Positions 24,923 through 32,000 of a stretch of DNA of 32,000 nt are shown one piece after another. Source of the DNA: Synechococcus elongatus PCC 6301 (GTDB taxonomy: Bacteria > Cyanobacteriota > Cyanobacteriia > Synechococcales > Synechococcaceae). The position numbers and the translations under genes are program-made. Positions within the stretch are counted from its first letter, which is position 1, and each line of letters opens with the position of its first letter. The stretch lies in assembly GCF_000010065.1 (NCBI RefSeq), contig NC_006576.1, forward strand, positions 420,001 to 452,000, read 5' to 3'. Below the pieces are notes generated by a model that saw nothing but the letters and a program-made list of their open reading frames with translations, was not told where the DNA came from and searched no databases.

Positions 24923-25070
24923 TTGTGGCTTGAAGCAGACTGAATTAAGCATTCAAAAAGACCACTCTAGTTGTTAGTTATTTTCTTAAGTCTTCTTGTC
25001 ATTTTCCTTAGCTCTTTAAGTCCTCGGCCATCATTGAAATAAAGCTTCTGTCCGTGGACAGGGGGACTCT

Positions 25071-25727
25071 ATGAATCGTCTATTGCTGCTGAGTGGCCTT
25101 GTTGTCAGTAGTGCACTGACAGCAGTGACGATCGCTTCAGTGTTGTCCATCCCTGCTCGGGCAACACCGCCGGAATCCTCTGCGATCGCACAGGAAATGT
25201 GGCCGTGGCGTTCCGGTTTTCCCAACAGGATGGGTAACGCCGATCAACACTTCATCGTGATGATGATTCCGCACCACGAAGGCGCGATCGCCATGGCTGA
25301 TTTGGCGATTAGTCAAGCCAAGCACCCAGAACTCCAAGCCTTGGCCCGAGCGATTCAAACCAGCCAAACCCAAGAAGTTCGCGATATGCAGACTTGGTAC
25401 CGCCGGTGGTATGGCTCGACCGTACCAGACTGGGACGATCGCCGAGTGAGCAGTTGGCGCAACTCTGGTATGCCGAGCATCGGGATGGGCTGTGCCGGTA
25501 GAGCAGGTCTCGCGACTGATTTAATCGCTTTGCAGGCAGCCCCTGACTTCGATCGCGCTTTTATCGAAATGATGATCCCCCACCACGAAATGGGGGTGCG
25601 GATGGCTCAAATGGTCTTATTACGCAGCGATCGCCCAGAAATTCAACGACTGGCTCAGGCAATCATCACGGATCAGAATCAGGAGATTCGCCAGATGCAG
25701 CAGTGGTATCGCCAGTGGTATTCCTAG
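25071..25727 (+). CDS. Secreted DUF305-family protein with two tandem DUF305 repeats
   Basis: It has a signal peptide. The motifs FIVMMIPHHEGAI and FIEMMIPHHEMGV are each followed by ...Q..E...MQ.WY..WY. Confidence 0.85.
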   Translation: MNRLLLLSGLVVSSALTAVTIASVLSIPARATPPESSAIAQEMWPWRSGFPNRMGNADQHFIVMMIPHHEGAIAMADLAISQAKHPELQALARAIQTSQTQEVRDMQTWYRRWYGSTVPDWDDRRVSSWRNSGMPSIGMGCAGRAGLATDLIALQAAPDFDRAFIEMMIPHHEMGVRMAQMVLLRSDRPEIQRLAQAIITDQNQEIRQMQQWYRQWYS

Positions 25728-25762
25728 GCTGCAGTCGGTTATGGATCGAGTGATTAAAAAAG

Positions 25763-25836
25763 TCGGGATGACAGGATTTGAACCTGCGGCATCCTGCTCC
25801 CAAAGCAGGCGCGCTACCAAGCTGCGCTACATCCCG
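25763..25836 (-). tRNA. tRNA-Pro (anticodon UGG)
   Basis: The minus strand reads CGGGATG-TA-GCGC-AGCTTGGTA-GCGC-G-CCTGC-TTTGGGA-GCAGG-ATGCC-GCAGG-TTCAAAT-CCTGT-CATCCCG-A. This forms a full cloverleaf. No CCA is encoded. Confidence 0.93.
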
Positions 25837-25844
25837 ATTTAGCC

Positions 25845-25872
25845 ATTATACCGAGGGGATTGCACTTCCCAA
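25845..25872 (-). promoter_or_regulatory. Putative sigma70-type promoter for tRNA-Pro(UGG)
   Basis: On the minus strand TTGGGA lies at 25872-25867, followed by a 16-nt spacer and TATAAT at 25850-25845. The -10 box ends 8 nt before the tRNA 5' end. Confidence 0.4.
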
Positions 25873-25914
25873 ACTTTCGCAAGTCGGTATGCTGCTGAAA
25901 AGCATAGCGACAGA

Positions 25915-26892
25915 ATGATGCGTATCTTAGTGACGGGCGGTGCCGGCTTCATTGGATCTCATCTCATCGATCGCCTCATGAGTGCAGGCCATGAAGTGAT
26001 TTGCCTGGATAACTATTTCACGGGCCGCAAGCACAATGTTGCCCAGTGGTATGGGCATCCGCGCTTTGAGCTGATCCGCCACGACATCACCGATCCGATT
26101 CGCCTAGAAGTCGATCAGATCTACCATCTCGCCTGTCCTGCCTCGCCGGTCCACTACCAATACAACCCGATCAAAACGGCGAAGACGAGCTTCCTCGGGA
26201 CGGTTAACATGCTAGGGCTGGCCAAGCGCGTCAAAGCTCGACTACTGATGGCCTCAACTTCAGAAGTCTATGGCGACCCCCACGTCCACCCGCAGACTGA
26301 AGATTACTGGGGCAATGTCAATCCGATCGGGATTCGTTCCTGCTACGACGAGGGTAAGCGGGTCGCTGAAACCCTCTGCTTTGACTATCACCGTCAGCAC
26401 AACCTAGAAATTCGGGTCGCGCGGATTTTCAACATCTATGGCCCGCGTATGTTGGAAAACGATGGCCGTGTGGTCAGTAATTTCATCGTGCAAGCGCTGC
26501 AGGGCCAGCCGCTGACGGTCTATGGCAGGGGCGAGCAAACTCGCAGCTTCTGCTACGTCTCAGATTTGGTGGATGGGCTGATTCGCCTGATGAATGGCGA
26601 TCATCTAGGGCCGGTCAATCTGGGTAATCCGAGCGAGTATACGATTCTGCAGCTAGCGGAGCTGATCCGCGATCGCATTGATCCAGCCCTACCAATTGAG
26701 TTCCGGCCGCTGCCCCAGGACGATCCGCAACAGCGACGGCCCGATATTAGCCGTGCCCAAGCTTGGCTGAAGTGGCAACCGTTGGTGTCAGTCCAGGACG
26801 GCTTAGATCGCACGATCGCCGATTTCCGCGATCGCCAACAGGCTGCCGCGACCCTGATCGCTGACCGCCTTCCCGAAGGGAGCATTAGCTAG
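25915..26892 (+). CDS. UDP-glucuronate decarboxylase (UDP-xylose synthase), extended SDR
   Basis: The signature is [18 protein letters not shown]...[11 protein letters not shown]...[13 protein letters not shown]...STSEVYGDP...YDEGKR. Confidence 0.9.
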   Translation: MMRILVTGGAGFIGSHLIDRLMSAGHEVICLDNYFTGRKHNVAQWYGHPRFELIRHDITDPIRLEVDQIYHLACPASPVHYQYNPIKTAKTSFLGTVNMLGLAKRVKARLLMASTSEVYGDPHVHPQTEDYWGNVNPIGIRSCYDEGKRVAETLCFDYHRQHNLEIRVARIFNIYGPRMLENDGRVVSNFIVQALQGQPLTVYGRGEQTRSFCYVSDLVDGLIRLMNGDHLGPVNLGNPSEYTILQLAELIRDRIDPALPIEFRPLPQDDPQQRRPDISRAQAWLKWQPLVSVQDGLDRTIADFRDRQQAAATLIADRLPEGSIS

Positions 26893-28110
26893 CTATCCGC
26901 CTTTTGGTCCTCCCTTGGCTAAGCGATCGCCTGTTTGGAATGGGGGAGGGGAGGTTGGCTCTGTTTCTAGAGCATCAGACATATTCAAAACCGCTAGGCA
27001 AGCCTCCACTACCCTCGGGTCGTAGAGACGCCCACTGTTGTTCTTAATTTCGGCGATTGCCACTCCTAACCCCAACCCAGGCCGGTAGGGGCGGTGGCTG
27101 ATCATGGCATCAATCACATCAGCCACTGCGATAATGCGAGCGGCCAGCAAAATCTGTTTGCCGCGCAGCTGCCGTGGATAGCCCGAACCATCCAGTCGCT
27201 CATGGTGCTGCATAGCAATCTCTGCCACCGGCCATGGAAACTGGATGCTTTTGAGAATGTCGTAGCACGCTTGGGGATGCAGCTTAATCAACTCGTACTC
27301 AATCGGATCTAAACAACCCGGTTTAGAGAGGATTTCAGCGGGCACGCGAATCTTGCCGACATCGTGCAGGAGTCCTGCCACATGGATGCCACGGATGCAG
27401 TTCTCATCTAGGCCCAATTGCCGAGCGATCGCCTGGGCTAATTGAGCAACTTGGTTCTCATGGCCTTGGGTATAAGGATCGCGCAGTTCAACCATCTGCA
27501 CGATCGCCTGAATGGTCTGGTCAAGCAGGCGATCTTGAATGGCAAGGCTACGGCGGCTACTCAAGCCATAGGCCAACAATTGGGCAACTTGGGCCAAAAG
27601 CTCCTGCTCAAGTGGGGGAAAAGCATCGGGCTGTGTACTGTAAATATTGAGGGCTCCTAAAGTACGAACACCCTGCTTAAGAGGCAAGGAAATACTGGTT
27701 TTGATCTGATAGTGAGTGGCAATTTCTTGCCATGGAGCCAAGCTGGATTGCTCCGCTTGCCAATCGGCAATTTGAATCTGTCCAGTTTTGATTGCTTGCC
27801 CAGTTGGCCCCTGCCCAGTTGCTTGGTCATCCCAAGTAATTTGTAGGCTGTCGACGTAGGACTGCAGTCTGCCAAAGCTTGCAAAGGGGCGGAGACTTTC
27901 ATGGGGATTAAAGCTATTGAGCGTCACCCAAGCGTGGGCATAGCCAGCTTCAACCACACAGAGACGACAAAACTCAGCCAGAAACTCTCGTTCTCCTGAA
28001 GCCCTGACCAAGGCCTCATTGCAAGCTTTCAGGGTCAAGAGTGCATGCTCCGAGCGATCGATTAGCATCGATTGCAGCTGTAACTCTTGTTGCAGTTCTT
28101 CAGGGCTCAT
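26893..28110 (-). CDS. GAF domain plus HD-GYP domain protein (putative c-di-GMP phosphodiesterase)
   Basis: The HD motif is HVAGLLHDVGK and the GYP motif is HHERLDGSGYP. The N-terminal domain is GAF-like (GALNIYSTQPDAF). Confidence 0.88.
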   Translation of the reverse strand: MSPEELQQELQLQSMLIDRSEHALLTLKACNEALVRASGEREFLAEFCRLCVVEAGYAHAWVTLNSFNPHESLRPFASFGRLQSYVDSLQITWDDQATGQGPTGQAIKTGQIQIADWQAEQSSLAPWQEIATHYQIKTSISLPLKQGVRTLGALNIYSTQPDAFPPLEQELLAQVAQLLAYGLSSRRSLAIQDRLLDQTIQAIVQMVELRDPYTQGHENQVAQLAQAIARQLGLDENCIRGIHVAGLLHDVGKIRVPAEILSKPGCLDPIEYELIKLHPQACYDILKSIQFPWPVAEIAMQHHERLDGSGYPRQLRGKQILLAARIIAVADVIDAMISHRPYRPGLGLGVAIAEIKNNSGRLYDPRVVEACLAVLNMSDALETEPTSPPPFQTGDRLAKGGPKGG

Positions 28111-28526
28111 ATCACTGAAGATTTCCCGTCAATCTCTGATTTGTTAACTCTGGAGTAACAGAATGAAATCTAAACTAAGGAAAATTGCATAAATTAAAAG
28201 CCAGCTTAGAGTCTGTATTCCTGAATGCATCCTCGTTCACTTACGCTACTGAGGTTGCTTAAAGAATTTTCTCCACTTAACTGTTTATTAACAACAAAAT
28301 CGGGTGAGTGTCAGCTCTGGGTTCAGCCACGGCGTCGAACTCCCAAGGTTGCCGCTAGCCGATCGTCGCTTGAGCTACGACTCAACTGCCAGCGATCACA
28401 CGTTGGATGATGATTGCAAAAATCTGGCGCCTATTTCTTGTTCGCACCGATTACTCGCTTGGATGTCTGACTGCTAGCTAGGCTGCTGAGCAGTTCAGAT
28501 GGCTTACCAGAGAGGAACAGTCGTCC

Positions 28527-29234
28527 ATGGTCTCCTGTCCTGGCTTCAACCTTCCCAAAAATCCTCGGCGTCGTGATCTCGTTCAGTTGGCTCAGGCTTG
28601 GGGCTGGACAATTGAACCGGCGGGCTACGAGCAACTGAAAGCCACACGTCCAGGCTGGTCTTCGGTGTCAATCACAGGTCACCATGACCACAAACCCATT
28701 CCCAAAGGCACTGCCAATAAAATCTATCGACAGTTGCTGCGGCCCCTGCTTGAACCTTCAGCTGCAACGCCTGACTTACAGACCCAAGTGGCTGTTCTAG
28801 CGCAGCAGCTAGAGGCAGCCGGTCAAGAGCGGGATGAATGGGCGGCTCAGTGCCAGCACTACCGGCAGGTTGTTGAACAAGCTGATCTCGACCAAGAAGC
28901 AGCCGAGCAACTCTTGCTAGAGATTGAACAACGAAACCATCGGCTAGTGAGCGAACGACATTGGCTCAGTAAACGGCTGCGCAAACTGGGATCACAGCTC
29001 CAGAAAGCCCAGCGTCAGGCGAGGGTTGCCCTAGAGCAGTTGCGCTGGCTACATGGTCAGAATCAGTTACTGCAAGCAGATTTGAAAATGTCTGTGGCAT
29101 CTATTGAGCAAGTCGAAGCGATCGCTCTCCGGGCGCAAGCACTGCGATCGCAAGGCGCACCGTCCGATCAATGTCTGGCGCAACTCTTGGGGCAACTGCA
29201 CCAAGTTTTAGGGCTCTCGGAACCGCAGGCGTAA
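28527..29234 (+). CDS. Hypothetical protein with a possible HicA/YcfA-like N-terminal domain and a long coiled coil
   Basis: The N-terminus [16 protein letters not shown]...[26 protein letters not shown] loosely follows the YcfA/HicA pattern. Residues from about 85 to 235 are heptad-like and rich in Q, L, E and A. Confidence 0.55.
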   Translation: MVSCPGFNLPKNPRRRDLVQLAQAWGWTIEPAGYEQLKATRPGWSSVSITGHHDHKPIPKGTANKIYRQLLRPLLEPSAATPDLQTQVAVLAQQLEAAGQERDEWAAQCQHYRQVVEQADLDQEAAEQLLLEIEQRNHRLVSERHWLSKRLRKLGSQLQKAQRQARVALEQLRWLHGQNQLLQADLKMSVASIEQVEAIALRAQALRSQGAPSDQCLAQLLGQLHQVLGLSEPQA

Positions 29235-29332
29235 GGATCACAGTCTCTAGGGACGCATCCTCAACGCATGACAAGCAGGCGAATGGCTCATGTCAGACTA
29301 GGGAGCGACAGAGTTGTTTTCCGTTGCAGCCC

Positions 29333-29590
29333 ATGGTCACGCCCGAACAAGTAGAGTCAATGATCTGTGCCCAAATTCCCGATGCACAGGTGATGGTGAA
29401 CGACCTGACCGGGGGAGGCGACCACCTACAAGTGACGGTTGTTTCGTCTGCTTTTGCTGGTAAAAGTCTCATTAAGCAGCATCAGCTGGTCTATGGAGCG
29501 GTTCAAGCCGCAATGTCAACGGAGGCGATTCACGCGCTAGCGCTGAAGACCTATACCCCCGATCGCTGGCTGAATGAAGCACAGGGCTAA
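29333..29590 (+). CDS. bolA: BolA family protein
   Basis: The sequence is [11 protein letters not shown]...[36 protein letters not shown]...[11 protein letters not shown]. The first plausible ATG is at 29333. It lies immediately upstream of a monothiol glutaredoxin gene. Confidence 0.85.
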   Translation: MVTPEQVESMICAQIPDAQVMVNDLTGGGDHLQVTVVSSAFAGKSLIKQHQLVYGAVQAAMSTEAIHALALKTYTPDRWLNEAQG

Positions 29591-29635
29591 CCTGTCCTTC
29601 GTTAGTATTGTCTACCCCTCTGACGATTGAGATTG

Positions 29636-29962
29636 ATGATGACTCCTGAACTCCAAGAACGCCTGACTAGCATCATTAATGGCGACAAGATTGTTGTCTT
29701 TATGAAAGGCAATAAGCTGATGCCCCAGTGCGGCTTTTCCAACAACGTTGTTCAAATCTTGAATATCCTGGGCGTGCCCTTCACCACCGTTGATGTCTTG
29801 GCAGACTACGACATTCGCCAAGGGATTAAAGAGTTTTCGAATTGGCCGACCATTCCCCAGGTCTACGTCAACGGGGAATTTATCGGCGGCTCTGATATTT
29901 TGATTGAGCTCTATCAGAATGGTGAACTGCAGCAGATGCTAGAGGTTGCCCTCGCCTCCTAG
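29636..29962 (+). CDS. grxD: Monothiol (CGFS) glutaredoxin, Grx4 family
   Basis: It has the CGFS active site ([13 protein letters not shown]) and [19 protein letters not shown]. The ATG is at 29636, while the ORF opens at a TTG at 29627. Confidence 0.92.
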   Translation: MMTPELQERLTSIINGDKIVVFMKGNKLMPQCGFSNNVVQILNILGVPFTTVDVLADYDIRQGIKEFSNWPTIPQVYVNGEFIGGSDILIELYQNGELQQMLEVALAS

Positions 29963-29988
29963 TCCTGCACCTGAGTAGGATACGCCTC

Positions 29989-30017
29989 TTGGCAGTGACC
30001 GGCATCAGTGCTACATT
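29989..30017 (+). promoter_or_regulatory. Putative sigma70-type promoter for tRNA-Pro(GGG)
   Basis: TTGGCA lies at 29989-29994, followed by a 17-nt spacer and TACATT at 30012-30017. The tRNA starts at 30030. Confidence 0.4.
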
Positions 30018-30029
30018 GGTAACTTGTCA

Positions 30030-30103
30030 CGGGGCGTAGCGCAGCTTGGTAGCGCACCACTTTGGGGTAGTGGGGGTCGTGGGTTCAAATCCCGCCGCTC
30101 CGA
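30030..30103 (+). tRNA. tRNA-Pro (anticodon GGG)
   Basis: The sequence is CGGGGCG-TA-GCGC-AGCTTGGTA-GCGC-A-CCACT-TTGGGGT-AGTGG-GGGTC-GTGGG-TTCAAAT-CCCGC-CGCTCCG-A. This forms a full cloverleaf. No CCA is encoded. Confidence 0.93.
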
Positions 30104-30130
30104 TTGAATCGGAATCACTCCAACATCACG

Positions 30131-30169
30131 ATCAGGATGATTGAGTTCTCAGTCATCCTGATATTTTTT
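30131..30169 (+). terminator. Rho-independent terminator downstream of tRNA-Pro(GGG)
   Basis: A perfect 10-bp stem is formed by ATCAGGATGA (30131-30140) and TCATCCTGAT (30153-30162). The loop is 12 nt, and ATTTTTT follows the stem. Confidence 0.75.
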
Positions 30170-30349
30170 GTCTGCATAGCAGGTAGTGGGTTAGATGGGA
30201 CTGTTCCACAATGCCAAAAAGTCCTGCTATTCCCCTCTCCCTTCTCTCGAGGGTAGAAGAGCAACCGTTGGCTTGGAGGCGTGCTGCATCTTGATTGAAT
30301 CGCCCGAGGGCAGTTGCACACAGCCCCTAGTTGGCAGTTGACCTGACCC

Positions 30350-31381
30350 CTAGAGCGAGAGCCGCGATCGCTGGTAGCGCGCTCCCCCGATCGCTGTCGC
30401 TTCAGCAGTCTTCTGATTCCAGATCAGGCGATTGGCTTGGAGGCGCGCTTGATCCTTCGCGGAGAAGCTTTCGGCGTTGCCTTCTAGTTGAATCAACTGG
30501 GCATTGAGATTGGCCTGCCCGCGATCGCCCCGAACTGTGGTCTGCTCAGCTGGGTAGAAGCCCTGGACCGCGACCGGGCTGTCGACCAAGTTTTGAGGTA
30601 GATTCCAGCGCAAATCTTCACCCCGCAACTGGGCAACGGGATCCAGAGCATCGACCTCCACCTGCTGCTGCAGAATCAAAATTTGTGGATCGAGGAGAAG
30701 TTCCCCCCGTTGCGATCGCCCTTGTCCCTTGAGCTGACTGCGATCGCGGCGTTCAGCCTGGAGCGGATTGGGGGCCAGCAAGCGTTTCTCAGCTAAGAGC
30801 CAGCGGGGCGAGCTGGTTCGTAACTCCGACAGAATCTCCCCTTGCTTAAGGGTCGCTACCATCGGCCCGATCAATTCCAACTGTTGCTGACGGACATCAA
30901 ACCGGCCTTCTTTGCCCTTGAGCACCACATCGCGATAGGTACCAATGACGTTGCGTCTGAGATCAAAGGTTTGCTGATTGGGCCGCCACTCCAGCTCCTC
31001 ACCCTTGAGAACCGCCCCCGGTGCCTGTTTTTGGCGAGCGATGACATTGCCACTGATGCGAATGATCTCGGCGTTTTCGCCCTCAATCGAGCCGCGATCG
31101 CCATCGATTTCGTAGAGCACCTTGCCGCTTTCATCGTAGAGAAAGCCGAGGGGCTTGGTTAGCTGCGCCGCACTTTTGTCGCTGTTATAGACAATCTGAG
31201 GAGTCCGCAGTTCCCAAGCAGGCTTGCCGGTGGGATTGGCCTGCCGCAGGGTAAAGTCCGTGAAACTGAGATCGGGTCGTTCAGCGCGTGGAGGCGCTGG
31301 CGGGGGCTCTTGGCAGGCCGTTAGCCCCAAACTGAGGGCTAACAGTAATGCAGACCAAAGCTGGCCCGATCGAAGCGTCAT
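30350..31381 (-). CDS. LptC/LptA (OstA-like) family periplasmic lipoprotein
   Basis: The lipoprotein signal is MTLRSGQLWSALLLALSLGLTAC, with lipobox LTAC. Beta-rich OstA-like segments repeat along the protein (GNVIARQK...LKGEELEWRP; VRGDRGQANLNAQLIQLEGNAE...ANRLIWN). The ORF extends to 31444, but the ATG at 31381 gives the signal peptide. Confidence 0.55.
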   Translation of the reverse strand: MTLRSGQLWSALLLALSLGLTACQEPPPAPPRAERPDLSFTDFTLRQANPTGKPAWELRTPQIVYNSDKSAAQLTKPLGFLYDESGKVLYEIDGDRGSIEGENAEIIRISGNVIARQKQAPGAVLKGEELEWRPNQQTFDLRRNVIGTYRDVVLKGKEGRFDVRQQQLELIGPMVATLKQGEILSELRTSSPRWLLAEKRLLAPNPLQAERRDRSQLKGQGRSQRGELLLDPQILILQQQVEVDALDPVAQLRGEDLRWNLPQNLVDSPVAVQGFYPAEQTTVRGDRGQANLNAQLIQLEGNAESFSAKDQARLQANRLIWNQKTAEATAIGGARYQRSRLSL

Positions 31382-31603
31382 CTCAAATCTCCGAGAAACC
31401 CCTGCCTCCAAGGAGGGCGGGATAGGCGCGTCTGTTACCGCCAACCCAGCGTAGCGCTAAAGAGTCGAGGGCGATCTGGCAATTTCAAGAACTGCGATCG
31501 GAGCGATCGCCCAAGACAAGAAGCCTGCAGGATTCAACCTGCACCAGTCCAAGATACAGGCCGGAGGCTGAATAGATTCACAATTAGGCCTCCGAGTGCT
31601 GCT

Positions 31604-32000
31604 TCAGGACGGGTTTACACTCTCGGGGGGCACTGCAACCGACCGGCTGTAAGGCTGACGTGGGAGCTTTTGAATGCTCGCTTTCAGGCTTTCGAGATCG
31701 ATGTAGCGATCGGCAACATTGATCAAGTTATCGCTGGTCATCGATCGCAGGCTGACGACTTCTACCCGCACGCCGCGATAGCCTACCACTTCCACCGCGT
31801 AGGCGAGATCTCCGTCGCCACTGACCAGCACCGCCGTGTCGTAGGTGCCGGCCAAGGCCAACATATCAACAGCGATTTCAACATCCAAGTTGGCTTTTTT
31901 TGTGCCGTCGGGCAGCTGGATCAAATCCTTCGCCACAACGCGATAGCCGTTACGACGCATCCACAACAGAAAGCCCTGTTGCTTCTCGTTGCTTCGATCC
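31604..32000 (-). CDS. NYN-domain (LabA-like) protein; the N-terminus lies beyond the window edge
   Basis: The signature is ...GYRVVAKDLIQLPDGTKKANLDVEIAVDMLALAGTYDTAVLVSGDGDLAYAVEVVGYRGVRVEVVS. The frame stays open to position 32000. Confidence 0.75.
   Translation of the reverse strand, partial: DRSNEKQQGFLLWMRRNGYRVVAKDLIQLPDGTKKANLDVEIAVDMLALAGTYDTAVLVSGDGDLAYAVEVVGYRGVRVEVVSLRSMTSDNLINVADRYIDLESLKASIQKLPRQPYSRSVAVPPESVNPS

Larger units (their letters stand above)
1..32000. repeat. Dispersed HIP1 octamer palindromes (GCGATCGC), typical of many cyanobacterial genomes
   Basis: Exact GCGATCGC occurs at 99-106, 241-248, 1578-1585, 1687-1694, 3801-3808 and 4318-4325, and at many further sites inside nearly every high-GC gene. 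I found none between 1695 and 3800. Confidence 0.9.

Noticed and set aside
1-32000. A CRISPR array, suggested by the very frequent short GCGATCGC palindromes.
   Set aside because: The repeats are 8-bp HIP1 elements at irregular spacing inside coding genes. There are no 25-40-bp repeats with regular spacers anywhere in the window.

Overview
This is a cyanobacterial chromosomal segment. The HIP1 octamer GCGATCGC is scattered through almost every gene, there is a fused panC-cmk gene, and the gene content looks like a Synechococcus elongatus-type genome (the taxon is inference only). About 27 kb is ordinary core genome. It contains a MarR-linked SDR/DMT/MFS operon, a PAS-GAF-GGDEF-EAL protein, an AddA/AddB-like helicase-nuclease pair and two translationally coupled membrane GTPases. 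It also contains rlpA, panC-cmk, a DUF305 protein, UDP-glucuronate decarboxylase, a GAF-HD-GYP protein, a bolA-grx pair, two tRNA-Pro genes, an LptC/OstA-like lipoprotein and a partial NYN/LabA-like gene. The unusual part is the left 4.3 kb. It holds a large serine recombinase homolog whose catalytic residues are replaced. Next to it is a 2.7-kb mosaic bracketed by 85-bp imperfect direct repeats. The mosaic contains a fragment of an Ap4A-phosphorylase-like gene, two tRNA 3'-end remnants in opposite orientation, and an N-terminally preserved but truncated integron-integrase-like gene. It also contains an AT-rich, HIP1-free gene for a 474-aa protein with a C-terminal PD-(D/E)XK/QxxxY nuclease domain and an unrecognised N-terminal domain of about 340 aa. 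That gene is divergent from the integrase remnant and is bounded by canonical integron core-site heptamers, with a 59-bp attC-like palindrome downstream and a 70-bp one upstream. I read this as a decayed integron-like platform carrying an orphan nuclease cassette, possibly a single-gene defence candidate. All family calls come from motif recognition by eye. No searches were run.
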